NCBI GenBank assembly: GCA_963718575.1
Contig: OY970358.1
Span: 728,108 to 792,107, forward strand
Reading direction: 5' to 3'
From: an uncultured bacterium
GTDB lineage: Bacteria; Patescibacteriota; Minisyncoccia; UBA6257; 2-01-FULL-56-20
DNA: 64,000 bases
Made by a program: the position numbers and the translations under genes
Shown: positions 8,595 through 17,807 of the stretch, piece after piece
Layout of the letters: each line of letters begins with the position of its first letter
Numbering within the stretch: position 1 is the stretch's first letter
Notes under the pieces: model-generated
The model's database searches: none
What the model was told of the DNA's origin: nothing
Seen by the model: the letters and a program-made list of their open reading frames with translations, nothing else

Positions 8595-11543
8595 ATGAAT
8601 ACATTCATTCATCAGTTTTTCACACCCAGGCGGAGTGTGGCAAAGGGATTTCACTTTATCGTGCTCCTTGCCGCATTTGCTGTGGGCGCTTTTAGTTTTG
8701 TCGCATTCAACGGGGGAATGGTTCCTTCGGTCCCGGTTGCGCATGCGCAAACAAGTTGCTCTCTCTCGGCGAACATCTTGGGTTCGGTAAGTAATGCAAC
8801 TCCTAATGTTGGAGATACGATTACCTATACCTTCGACACCAACACTTTCGGCGGAGCGGGAGTTCCGGCATCAACTTCGGTCACCATTGTTATGGCGAGC
8901 GGTACATTGCCGACAGGACTCACGTTTATTTCCTCGTCGACTTCTGGCGGACCGTATTCTGGTACGTGGTCGGGCGGAGTGATTACTTTCACTGTTACCG
9001 CAACTGTTAATGCCACCGGAACGATCGAATATGCTCCGACCTTCCAGTATAGCGATGGAGGTCAGTGCACGGACAGTATGACTGTCGCTCAGCAACCTTC
9101 TCCGGTGACCATTATTTCAACCACTCCATCAGCCGACCTCTCGATCAGCAAGACCGCTGACGCGACCTCGACGATGGTGGGCGATACGGTGGACTACGCG
9201 ATCACGGTAAAAAATCACAGCGGTTCCACGACGTCCACGGGCGCTGTGGCAACCGATATGTTGCCTTCTCAGCTTACCTTCGAAAATGCAACGGCTTCGG
9301 CCGGCACTTCGTATGCAAGCTCGACGGGTATCTGGACGATCGGCGATCTCTCGCCGAACGCCGCTGTGACGCTCGATGTCGTCGCACTCGTGAACGCGAG
9401 CGCAAGCTCTACGATCACGAATACGGCAACGGTGTCCGCAAGCACGACGGATTCGAACCTTACGAACAACAGTTCGTCAGTGACGATCGTCGTCCTGCAG
9501 GCGCCGACGTCCACGCCGACATCGACCATCCCTTTGGCCGACCTCTCCATTAACAAGACCGTTGATGCGACGTCGACCATGATAGGTGATACGTTGCATT
9601 ACACGGTTGCGGTGACGGACAATGGTCCGGCAACCTCGACCGGCGTCGTGGCGACCGACACGTTGCCGACGAGCCTTACGTTCATGAACGCGACCGCATC
9701 GGTCGGTTCTTACGCGAGCTCGACAGGCACATGGACAATCGGCGATCTCTCGCCTAGCTCGACCGCGACGCTCGACATTGCAGCGCTCGTGAATGCGAAT
9801 GCCTCCGGCACCGTCACGAACACTGCGATCGTCGGTGAAACGGCAAGCACGACGGATAACAACCTTGGGAACAACAGTTCCACGGTGACAATCCCGGTGT
9901 TTACCTCGACCCCGACGTCCACACCGACGTCAACGCCTGTTGCTGACCTCGCGATCGTAAAGACCGCGGACGTCACTTCGACCGTGGCGGGCGGCACGAT
10001 CAACTATACGTTGACCGCGACCGCATACGGCCCTGCGACGTCGACCGGCGTCGTGGCGACGGACGTTTTGCCGAACACATTGACCTTTGTTTCAGCAACC
10101 TCTTCGGAAGGCTCCTACGCGAGCTCGACGGGGATCTGGACGATCGGCGATATGAGCGCAAGCTCGACCGCAACGTTGACCATCGCAACCGTCGTGAACA
10201 GCGGCGTTGCGAGCACGACGATCGCGAATACCGGAACAATAACGGAATCGACGAGTACGGTGAATAACAATCCGAACACGTCATCGACTGTCATCGTATT
10301 GATCCCGCCGGTTGTTTGCACGACGAACTGCGGCGGAGGTGGCGGCAATGATGCCGGCCTTACGATCACGAAGACCGTGGATGCGACGACCACCCTTCCG
10401 GGTAATGTCGTGAATTACACGATCACCGCGACCGCGAACGGCCCTCAGCCTTCGACTGGCGTCGTCGCGACCGACACGTTGCCTTCCGGACTCACGTTCG
10501 TGAATGCGACGACGTCGGCAAGCACGACCTACGCGAGCTCGACAGGCACATGGACGATCGGCACGCTTGCGCCGAACGCCACTGCGACCCTTCAGATCGC
10601 GGCGCTTGTGAACGCGAGCGATACCGCGGGCATGGTCATCACCAATCAGGCGACCATCGGCGAATCGCCGACGCTCACAAACACCAATCCGGTGACGACG
10701 GCAGAAGCGACCACGACGGTTGCGGCTGCTCCATCCACCGGGACGGACCTTCAGATCCTGAAGGCCGTCGATAACGCGAGCCCGGTCACGGGCGGTACGG
10801 TCAACTTCACGATTCTCGTGACGAACGACAGTACCGCGACGACGACGTTCGTTGTGGCGCAAGACCAGTTGCCGATCGGATTGGCATTGATCTCCGCGAC
10901 GACGACGGCGAGCACGACCTACGACATGTCGACCGGCATCTGGAACATCGGAACGCTCTCTCCGGAGGCGACGACGACCTTGACTATCGCGGCAGAAGTT
11001 TCGGCAGCGGCCGGGACTCAGGTCACAAATACCGCGACTGTGACATCGACCCTCTCATCGTTCGTTGATATAGATCCTGCGAACAACAGTTCGTCGGTGA
11101 CGCTCAACGTCCAGGCCGCTCCTTGCACGAGCAATTGCGGCGGAGGCGGTGGCGGTGGCGGCGGCGGTGGTGGAACCCCGAGCGCGCAGATCGGCATTGT
11201 GAAGACGGTGGATAACGCCGACCCGGAAACGGGCGCCATCATCCATTACACATTGACCGTGAACGCGACCGGGCCGAGCGAATCGTTCGGCGTTGTGGCA
11301 TCAGACACGTTGCCTGCGGGAATCGCCTTTGACTCAGCATCCTCTTCGGAAGGTTCCTACGCGAGCTCGACGGGGATCTGGACGATTGGTGATATGGCCG
11401 CGGGGCAAAGCGCGACCTTGGTGATCACCGCAACGGTGACCGCACCTGACGGTACGACGATCACGAACACCGGAACGGTGTCACGAATCACCGACCGTCA
11501 TCAGTCCGCTTACCGGACCCATGACATCAAGTGTAACTATTGA
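8595..11543 (+). CDS. Giant DUF11-repeat surface protein, N-terminal 983 aa (continues in the +1 frame to 11970)
   Basis: Start at MNTFIHQ...TM/signal. About seven ~130-aa repeats fit the DUF11 'conserved repeat domain' (ADLSI.KTAD.TST..GDT..Y..TV.N.G..TSTGVVATD.LP..LTF..AT.S.GSYASSTG.WTIGDLS). Repeats are separated by T/S linkers and CxxNCGGGGG poly-Gly hinges. Confidence 0.7.
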   Translation: MNTFIHQFFTPRRSVAKGFHFIVLLAAFAVGAFSFVAFNGGMVPSVPVAHAQTSCSLSANILGSVSNATPNVGDTITYTFDTNTFGGAGVPASTSVTIVMASGTLPTGLTFISSSTSGGPYSGTWSGGVITFTVTATVNATGTIEYAPTFQYSDGGQCTDSMTVAQQPSPVTIISTTPSADLSISKTADATSTMVGDTVDYAITVKNHSGSTTSTGAVATDMLPSQLTFENATASAGTSYASSTGIWTIGDLSPNAAVTLDVVALVNASASSTITNTATVSASTTDSNLTNNSSSVTIVVLQAPTSTPTSTIPLADLSINKTVDATSTMIGDTLHYTVAVTDNGPATSTGVVATDTLPTSLTFMNATASVGSYASSTGTWTIGDLSPSSTATLDIAALVNANASGTVTNTAIVGETASTTDNNLGNNSSTVTIPVFTSTPTSTPTSTPVADLAIVKTADVTSTVAGGTINYTLTATAYGPATSTGVVATDVLPNTLTFVSATSSEGSYASSTGIWTIGDMSASSTATLTIATVVNSGVASTTIANTGTITESTSTVNNNPNTSSTVIVLIPPVVCTTNCGGGGGNDAGLTITKTVDATTTLPGNVVNYTITATANGPQPSTGVVATDTLPSGLTFVNATTSASTTYASSTGTWTIGTLAPNATATLQIAALVNASDTAGMVITNQATIGESPTLTNTNPVTTAEATTTVAAAPSTGTDLQILKAVDNASPVTGGTVNFTILVTNDSTATTTFVVAQDQLPIGLALISATTTASTTYDMSTGIWNIGTLSPEATTTLTIAAEVSAAAGTQVTNTATVTSTLSSFVDIDPANNSSSVTLNVQAAPCTSNCGGGGGGGGGGGGTPSAQIGIVKTVDNADPETGAIIHYTLTVNATGPSESFGVVASDTLPAGIAFDSASSSEGSYASSTGIWTIGDMAAGQSATLVITATVTAPDGTTITNTGTVSRITDRHQSAYRTHDIKCNY

Positions 11544-11970
11544 TGTTGGTGGATCGGGTGGCGGCGGGGGAGGCGGTGGCGGTGGTGGCCAGGTACTCGG
11601 CGCAAGCACGAGTACGGGCCAGGTTCTCGGCGCAAGCTGCGGACTTTACCTTGACCAGTACATCCATCCCATCCGCAAGAACCTGAACGATCCGACGGAA
11701 GTTGATAAGCTTCAGACATTCCTCAATCAGGAATTGGGCATCAACTTGCCGATCACGGGTTACTATGGCGACTCTACGATCGCCGCAGTGAATCAATTCC
11801 AGGTAAAGTACTATAACGAAGTGCTTAAACCATGGCTTCCGCTCGGACTTCCGACGGAGTTCACTCCGACGAGCTATGTTTATCAAACGACACAGCGGTG
11901 GATCAACCTCATCATGTGCCCTCCGCTCAACATCCCGATGCCGACGCTTCATGTCGACAACGGAGAATAG
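11485..11970 (+). CDS. C-terminal portion of the DUF11 surface protein in the +1 frame: poly-Gly hinge plus peptidoglycan-binding-like domain
   Basis: Frame B reads ...ESPTVISPLTGPMTSSVTIDVGGSGGGGGGGGGGGQVLGAS..., continuing the repeat/hinge pattern. The C-terminal 'GYYGDSTIAAVNQFQ' resembles a PG_binding_1 motif. The frame switch is at ~11484 (one extra nucleotide). Confidence 0.55.
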   Translation, partial: ESPTVISPLTGPMTSSVTIDVGGSGGGGGGGGGGGQVLGASTSTGQVLGASCGLYLDQYIHPIRKNLNDPTEVDKLQTFLNQELGINLPITGYYGDSTIAAVNQFQVKYYNEVLKPWLPLGLPTEFTPTSYVYQTTQRWINLIMCPPLNIPMPTLHVDNGE

Positions 11971-12017
11971 CTGATTATTCCGGAAAGGGCTTCGCCCTCG
12001 GCAGTGATCTTCTCTTG

Positions 12018-12060
12018 GATAACACAACACCCCGCGCATTGCGCGGGGTGTTGTGTTATC
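12018..12060. repeat. Perfect 20-bp inverted repeat (stem-loop) between the DUF11 gene and the CAP gene
   Basis: gataacacaacaccccgcgc-att-gcgcggggtgttgtgttatc. No U-tract follows. A TATAAT-like box and the CAP gene start lie just downstream. Confidence 0.6.
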
Positions 12061-12085
12061 GGGATAGTTATGATATAATATTTCC

Positions 12086-12749
12086 ATGATGACACGTGCG
12101 AGGGAGGCTTTCAGAAATTATTTTGTCCCGCATGAGGGCAATGACAACCGGCCGCATATCCTGCGTCCGCGCACGATCGCGTTCGTGGTGGCGATCGCGC
12201 TCGTGGCGGAATCGGCGTTCGTGTTCGGCGTAAAATATATCGTTCCGCAATCGAAATTGTTCGGCATTATTGATGCGAACGTGCTCGTGGATGAGACCAA
12301 CCAGCAGCGCGTGGCGAACGGTTTGCCGGATCTTCAGGTGAGCCCGTTGCTTACAGCGGCGGCACAGGACAAGGCGAATGACGAAGCGAGCAAGGGATAT
12401 TTTGCGCATACGAGTCCGCAGGGGCTCACGCCGTGGTATTGGTTCCAGCAGGTCGGTTACAGCTTTGATTATGCCGGTGAAAATCTTGCCGTGAATTTTT
12501 CCGATTCACAGGATGTGACGGCCGCGTGGATGAACTCGCCGGAACACCGCGCGAATATTTTAAGCGCCGATTTTACGCAGATCGGCATGGCCACTGCGCA
12601 AGGCGTCTATGAAGGCCAGGAGACCACGTTCGTGGTGGAGGAATTCGGCACGCCCGCGCCGGCGGCGGCTCCCACGCCGTTCGTGGATACGGCGAGCGCG
12701 GCGACGGCGCCCGTGACAGCGCCGGCTCCTATACGCGACGCCTCCGGTG
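12086..12749 (+). CDS. CAP/SCP (YkwD-like) domain protein, N-terminal part (frame A)
   Basis: The CAP-domain block 'GYFAHTSPQGLTPWYWFQQVGYSFDYAGENLAVNF...AAWMNSPEHRANILSADFTQIGMA' follows an N-terminal TM helix. Frame A becomes Arg-rich nonsense after ~12750. Confidence 0.7.
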
Positions 12750-13163
12750 AAAAAGCCGGTGGCAAAACCGGCGCCGGTTTCCGTCACGCCCGTGCCGGTC
12801 ATCGTCGCGATGCAAAGTTCATCCGCGCCCGGAGCGCAGCAGACATTCATCGCCGTGCAGAATGGCACGGCAACGCAGACCGTTCCGACGGCCGCGAGCG
12901 TCGGCGTCACCGCCGCCGACACGCCGCTTCCCGCGCAGAGCAATGTCATCCAGCAGATCCTCTCCGATCCGAAAGCGCTCGCCAATGATTTCTATATTTT
13001 TGTGATGGTGTTGTTCTTCATCGCCCTCACGCTGAACATCTTTGTGAACATCCGCGTGCAATATCCGCGGCTCATCGCCGGAGGGTTGCTCGTCATTGTG
13101 GTGGCGGGACTCTGCGTTGTGCTGAATCAGAATATCGGGTTCTTGCACGTGATAGTGCTGTAA
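12750..13163 (+). CDS. C-terminal part of the CAP-domain protein in the +1 frame (Pro/Ala linker plus C-terminal TM helices)
   Basis: Frame B reads KKPVAKPAPVSVTPVPV...NDFYIFVMVLFFIALTLNIFVNI...LLVIVVAGLCVVL. The frame switch is next to the 'gtgaaaaagcc' A5 run. Confidence 0.5.
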   Translation, partial: KKPVAKPAPVSVTPVPVIVAMQSSSAPGAQQTFIAVQNGTATQTVPTAASVGVTAADTPLPAQSNVIQQILSDPKALANDFYIFVMVLFFIALTLNIFVNIRVQYPRLIAGGLLVIVVAGLCVVLNQNIGFLHVIVL

Positions 13164-13201
13164 ATAAAAAAAGGACGCGTTCGATGGTTTGAAAGCGTCC
13201 T
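13163..13201 (-). terminator. Rho-independent terminator (minus strand) after the small ORF 13216..13419
   Basis: Hairpin aggacgc...gcgtcct, followed on the minus strand by T7-8 (plus-strand A-run 13163-13172). Confidence 0.55.
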
Positions 13202-13215
13202 GCGGGTTTGCGGTA

Positions 13216-13419
13216 TTAGGAGCACTCGTCTGCGGCGGGAAGATGTCCCTCCTTCATATCCTCGGCGGAAAACGATGGGGCGAGCACGCTGCTGGGTGGG
13301 GGTTTGTAATAGGTCGAAGGCCGAGGACCCGTTCTCTTCAACTTATCCAGAAAGATTCTCGTATCCTCCTCGGATCCAAATGAAGGCGCGACGGGGGCGA
13401 GGTTGTTTGTCAGTGACAT
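13216..13419 (-). CDS. Small Pro-rich protein (67 aa, hypothetical)
   Basis: Strong AGGAGG Shine-Dalgarno 7 nt upstream of the ATG (caggaggacaatgtATG) and a terminator immediately downstream. Internal repeat APVAPSFGSEED / APSFSAEDMKE. Confidence 0.4.
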   Translation of the reverse strand: MSLTNNLAPVAPSFGSEEDTRIFLDKLKRTGPRPSTYYKPPPSSVLAPSFSAEDMKEGHLPAADECS

Positions 13420-13563
13420 ACATTGTCCTCCTGAGCAATCTAAGAACCGAACTTATGTTAACCGAATAAAAAGGATTTGTGAATACTTTCCCGCCGGTTG
13501 CGGCTCCATTTTTTTTGCCGTAAGATTCAGACAACCATCCTCGCGCGGTCAGCTTTCCCCACC

Positions 13564-15354
13564 ATGCCATCCACCACCACCGAACTCATCAAAAGCAGGC
13601 TCGACATCGTGGATTTTCTGCGCGGCTATTTGACGCTCACGCCGGCGGGCAAAAACTTCAAGGCGCTCTGCCCGTTTCACAGCGAGAAGTCGCCGTCGTT
13701 CAGCATCTCGCCGGAGCGGCAGCGATTTCATTGCTTTGGGTGCGGCGCGGACGGCGACATCTTTGGCTTTGTGATGAAGTACGAGAACATGGAGTTCGGC
13801 GAGGCGCTCCGCATGCTTGCGGAAAAAGCGGGCGTGGAGCTGCGGCACGAGAATCCCGCAGAGTATCGCTTTACCGGATTGCTCTATGATCTGAACGATC
13901 GTGCCAAGGATTTTTATAAGCGCTCGCTTGCGTCGGCGCCGATCGTCAAGCAATACTTGGCGGAGCGGGGGCTCGCGCCGACGACTATCGAAGAGTTCGA
14001 GCTCGGCTGGGCGCCGAACGAACCGGAGGCGCTGTCCATGCATCTATTAAATGGCGGCGCCGCGCCGCAAGATCTTTTGCAGGCCGGGCTCTCTATAAAG
14101 ACGGAGCGCGGGATGATGCTCGACCGGTTCCGCGGCCGCGTCATGTTCCCGATTCATAATCATCTTGGCAAAGTGGTCGGCTTCACCGGCCGCATCCTTC
14201 CGCAGTTCGACACATCGAATGATCCGAAGGCAACGTACGTCACTGCAAAATATGTGAACAGCCCGGAGACGCCGATCTTCCAGAAATCAAAATTGCTCTA
14301 CGGGTTTTGGAAAAGCAAGGACGCGATCCGCGAGGCGAAAGCCGCGGTGCTCGTAGAGGGCCAGATGGATTTTTTGATGAGCTACCAGAGCGGCGTGCGC
14401 AACGTGATCGCGTCGTCGGGCACGGCGCTCACCGCCGACCACTTGCGCTCCGTGCGGCGCTTGGCTGACGAAATTATTTTATGTTTCGACTCCGACGTTG
14501 CCGGTTCCGACGCCGCCGAGCGCGCGATCGATCTTGCGGAAGCGAATGACTTTTCCGTAAAGGTGGCAACGTATCGCGGCTTCAAGGACGCGGCTGAGGC
14601 GGCGAAGGCTGATCCCTTGAATGTTCAGCGCACGGTTGCCGCCGCAGTGTCCGCGCCGTTATTTTATTTTGAAAAGTTTTTGCCGCCGGTGCCCGCGGGT
14701 GCGACGTCATCCGATCCTGCGGCGGTGACCACTCGCGATGGATTGAACAAGCTGCGCACGGTGCTGTTAAAACTGCGCAACATCGCGAGCCCGGTGGAGC
14801 GTGATTTTTGGCTGAAGGAATTGGCGAAGCGCACGGGCGTGAATGAAGCGACGCTTAAGGACGAGGCGGAGAAATCCGCGACGACACAGTATGCAACGCC
14901 GAACAATTTCGCAAACAATGGGACTACAAATGGCGGCGGCCAAGATGATCAAGCGCCCAAGCGCCAAGTCTCGCGGCAGGAACTCATCGCGGAAGATCTT
15001 CTCGCGCTCGCGCTCGCGCGCAATGATTTTGCATTTATCGAAGACTGTGTGATCTTTTTCGCGCCCGCGCAAAAAGAAATTTTTACATTACTAAAGAGTG
15101 GCAAGCGAAAGAGCGATGACGCCGCGCTCGATGCGATCGTAAACCTCATCGTGCTCCGCGATCCCACCGCGATCGGCGAACTTTCCGACGACGACATCGC
15201 CGTATTAAAAGAGGGCCTCGCCAAAGAATATTATAAAGAGCGGCGTCACATCCTCTCGCTCGCCGTGCGCAACGCCGAAGCCCGTGGCAACCAAGCCGAG
15301 GTCGACGCCGCACTCGCGGAGCTCAGTAAATTGCCGGGAGGAGGGGAGGGGTAA
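13564..15354 (+). CDS. dnaG: DNA primase DnaG
   Basis: CHC2 zinc finger (CPFHSEKSPSFSISPERQRFHCFGCGADGD) and a TOPRIM core (VLVEGQMDFL...CFDSDVAGSDAAERA). Start set at MPSTTTELIKSRLDIVDF. Confidence 0.9.
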   Translation: MPSTTTELIKSRLDIVDFLRGYLTLTPAGKNFKALCPFHSEKSPSFSISPERQRFHCFGCGADGDIFGFVMKYENMEFGEALRMLAEKAGVELRHENPAEYRFTGLLYDLNDRAKDFYKRSLASAPIVKQYLAERGLAPTTIEEFELGWAPNEPEALSMHLLNGGAAPQDLLQAGLSIKTERGMMLDRFRGRVMFPIHNHLGKVVGFTGRILPQFDTSNDPKATYVTAKYVNSPETPIFQKSKLLYGFWKSKDAIREAKAAVLVEGQMDFLMSYQSGVRNVIASSGTALTADHLRSVRRLADEIILCFDSDVAGSDAAERAIDLAEANDFSVKVATYRGFKDAAEAAKADPLNVQRTVAAAVSAPLFYFEKFLPPVPAGATSSDPAAVTTRDGLNKLRTVLLKLRNIASPVERDFWLKELAKRTGVNEATLKDEAEKSATTQYATPNNFANNGTTNGGGQDDQAPKRQVSRQELIAEDLLALALARNDFAFIEDCVIFFAPAQKEIFTLLKSGKRKSDDAALDAIVNLIVLRDPTAIGELSDDDIAVLKEGLAKEYYKERRHILSLAVRNAEARGNQAEVDAALAELSKLPGGGEG

Positions 15355-15390
15355 AAAAATAGCCCCGGGTCTCGGAGCTATTTTATTCTT
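15353..15390. terminator. Bidirectional intrinsic terminator between dnaG (+) and the STAS gene (-)
   Basis: Hairpin atagccccgggtctcggagctat with a T-run on plus (ttttattcttt) and an A7 run upstream, which gives a T7 run on the minus strand. Confidence 0.55.
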
Positions 15391-15403
15391 TGGGTGTTAC
15401 TGG

Positions 15404-15748
15404 TTACAAAAACGATCTGACGGCATCAGCTTCTTCGAAGTACATACTAAATACCGCATGGAGGTGTGTGACCTGAAGGAGATCCCGGAATGTTTTGGTG
15501 ATGGCTAAAAGTTTTAGATTCCCTCCACGCTCTTTGATTGTTGTGAATCCAGCGAAGAGTTCTCCAAGACCAGAAGAATCCACATATCCCACGTTTGCCA
15601 TGTTGAGAACGACTTTCGTCTTTCCACGTGCGATCAAATCAACAAAGGCATTACGGAGAACGATCGCGCCATCGTTTAACGTGATGCGTCCACGGCAATC
15701 CACGATAACAACATCGCCTATTTCTCGAAGCGTAAGATCCAGTGACAT
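15404..15748 (-). CDS. STAS-domain anti-sigma factor antagonist (SpoIIAA-like)
   Basis: 114 aa with 'DVVIVDCRGRITLNDGAIVLRNAF...VVLNMANVGYVDSSGLGELF...GGNLKLLAI', a typical STAS anti-anti-sigma fold sequence. Confidence 0.7.
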   Translation of the reverse strand: MSLDLTLREIGDVVIVDCRGRITLNDGAIVLRNAFVDLIARGKTKVVLNMANVGYVDSSGLGELFAGFTTIKERGGNLKLLAITKTFRDLLQVTHLHAVFSMYFEEADAVRSFL

Positions 15749-15910
15749 AGAGCCTCCTTTGTTTTGTTATGCCTTGCCAAATAATGACTCCACGCATCGC
15801 AATTGTCAATGTATATACAAGTGGCCGTGATTTGGGCTTCCATCGCTTTTCACTATATAATAGAGGGAACGGTCACCCCAACATAAATTTTAACTATTTT
15901 TAATAAACCC

Positions 15911-16942
15911 ATGGCAAATGTGCGCGTTGCGATAAACGGTTTCGGCAGGATCGGTCGGTTGTTCTTTAAGGCGGCATACGAATTGCCGAACATTGATATT
16001 GTGGCGATTAACGACTTGGGCGACGTGGAAAACCTTGCGTATCTTTTGAAGTACGACACGGTGTATGGTCGGTTTGAGAAAGAGATCAAGGCGGATTTGC
16101 CGAACGGCAAGTTGACGGTTGCGGGAAAGGAAATAAATTTCCTTCAGGTGAAGGACCCAACGCAGCTTCCGTGGAAAGCGTTGAACATTGATCTTGTGAT
16201 CGAGTCGACGGGATTGTTTGATGAATATGAAAAGGCAAAGGTGCACTTGGCGGCGGGCGCAAAGCGCGTCGTGATCACGGCGCCGGCGAAGGATGAGGAC
16301 GGTGCGGCCGGGCAGACGGTTTTGGTGGGTGTGAATGAAGACAACTTTAAGATCGCGCCGATCACGTCGAACGGTTCGTGCACGACGAATTCCGCGTCGC
16401 CGGTGATTCAAGTGTTGAGCGAAAATCCCGGCATCGTGAAAGCATCGCTCTCGACCGTGCACGCATACACCGCCACGCAGGCGCTCGTTGATGGCCCGAT
16501 CCGCGGCGGCCACGATTTCCGCAAGGGCCGCGCCGCGGCGATGAACACCGTTCCCGAAACGACCGGTGCCGCGATCAGCGTCGCGCGCGCGATTCCGGAG
16601 CTGAAGGGCAAGTTCGACGGGCTTTCGTTCCGCGTGCCGAACATCACCGGTTCCATCTCCGACATCACCTTCATCGCGAAGCGCGCGACGACCGTCGAAG
16701 AGATCGTGCAGATCCTTACCGACGCGGCGAACTCGCCGCGCTGGCAGGGCATCTTGCAGGTGACGCGCGACCAGCTCGTCTCGTCCGACATCATCGGCCA
16801 GCCGTTCGGCGCGACCGTTCCGCTCGACCTCATTAAAGTGATCGACGGCGATATGGTGAAGGTGTTGAGCTGGTACGACAACGAGGCCGGCTACGTTTCA
16901 ACGCTCATCAAGCACGTGGAGAAAGTGGCAGCGCTGCTGTAA
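15911..16942 (+). CDS. gap: Glyceraldehyde-3-phosphate dehydrogenase (type I)
   Basis: INGFGRIGR NAD-binding motif and the catalytic SCTTN block (SNGSCTTNSASPVIQVL). Full length. Confidence 0.95.
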   Translation: MANVRVAINGFGRIGRLFFKAAYELPNIDIVAINDLGDVENLAYLLKYDTVYGRFEKEIKADLPNGKLTVAGKEINFLQVKDPTQLPWKALNIDLVIESTGLFDEYEKAKVHLAAGAKRVVITAPAKDEDGAAGQTVLVGVNEDNFKIAPITSNGSCTTNSASPVIQVLSENPGIVKASLSTVHAYTATQALVDGPIRGGHDFRKGRAAAMNTVPETTGAAISVARAIPELKGKFDGLSFRVPNITGSISDITFIAKRATTVEEIVQILTDAANSPRWQGILQVTRDQLVSSDIIGQPFGATVPLDLIKVIDGDMVKVLSWYDNEAGYVSTLIKHVEKVAALL

Positions 16943-16989
16943 GTTTTCAATGCATGAAAAAAGGAGCCGCGATGTGCGGCTCCTTTTGA

Positions 16990-17268
16990 TTAGTGGATAT
17001 TCATCACGAGTTTGCGATGACGGTATCCGAGATACCACGTCGTGAGAATAATGGGTAGTGATATGAGCAAGATCCAGACACTTATTGCATCAAGTGTTCG
17101 GACGTACACCAGGATGATGGTGACCAGAGTTAAGGCGACCCGAGAACTCATGTCCGTCTTACTAGCATAGCGAAGTCTCAGTTGGGGATCGCCCCATACT
17201 CCGAGGAGGGATGCTATTGAAATCCCAAGCCAGAAAAAGGAAAGTATCCGCCACAACATATCAAACAT
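16990..17268 (-). CDS. Small integral membrane protein (hypothetical)
   Basis: 92 aa with three hydrophobic helices and lower GC than its neighbours. Confidence 0.4.
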   Translation of the reverse strand: MFDMLWRILSFFWLGISIASLLGVWGDPQLRLRYASKTDMSSRVALTLVTIILVYVRTLDAISVWILLISLPIILTTWYLGYRHRKLVMNIH

Positions 17269-17354
17269 ATTCGTCTCCTGTCGTGAATTCTATGCATTCG
17301 CGCACAGTCTGTCAATAAATATATTCGCGCTATCAAAAATGCTATCCTTATACT

Positions 17355-17807
17355 ATGACCATTTATATTGGTGCGGATCACAGGGGATTCAACTTGAAAG
17401 CGATCATCGAAGCGGAGCTTGGCGGTAGTGGTAATGATGTCGTGGACGTCGGTGCGACCACGCTCGATCCGGCGGATGACTATCCGGAGTTTGCGCGCGC
17501 GGTCGGGGAAAAGGTGTCCGCCGTTGGCGGGGACACGCGCGGGATCGTGATCTGCGGATCGGGGTTCGGTGTGGATGTTGTCGCCAACAAGTTCAAAGGG
17601 GTCCGGTCTGCGCTCGCGATGTCGCCGGAACATATCCGCGTCGGTCGTCACGACGATGACGTAAACGTGCTCGCGATCGCCGCAGACTTTATGAATCCCA
17701 CGCTCGCGCTCGAGATCGTCCGCGTGTTCCTCGAAACCCCGTTCGAGGCGGGCGAGGAACGTTACACGCGCCGGTTGAACATGATCTCCGAGATTGAAAA
17801 AGCATGA
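17355..17807 (+). CDS. rpiB: Ribose-5-phosphate isomerase B
   Basis: RpiB/LacAB family sequence: MTIYIGADHRGFNLK...GIVICGSGFGVDVVANKFKGVRSAL. Confidence 0.9.
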   Translation: MTIYIGADHRGFNLKAIIEAELGGSGNDVVDVGATTLDPADDYPEFARAVGEKVSAVGGDTRGIVICGSGFGVDVVANKFKGVRSALAMSPEHIRVGRHDDDVNVLAIAADFMNPTLALEIVRVFLETPFEAGEERYTRRLNMISEIEKA

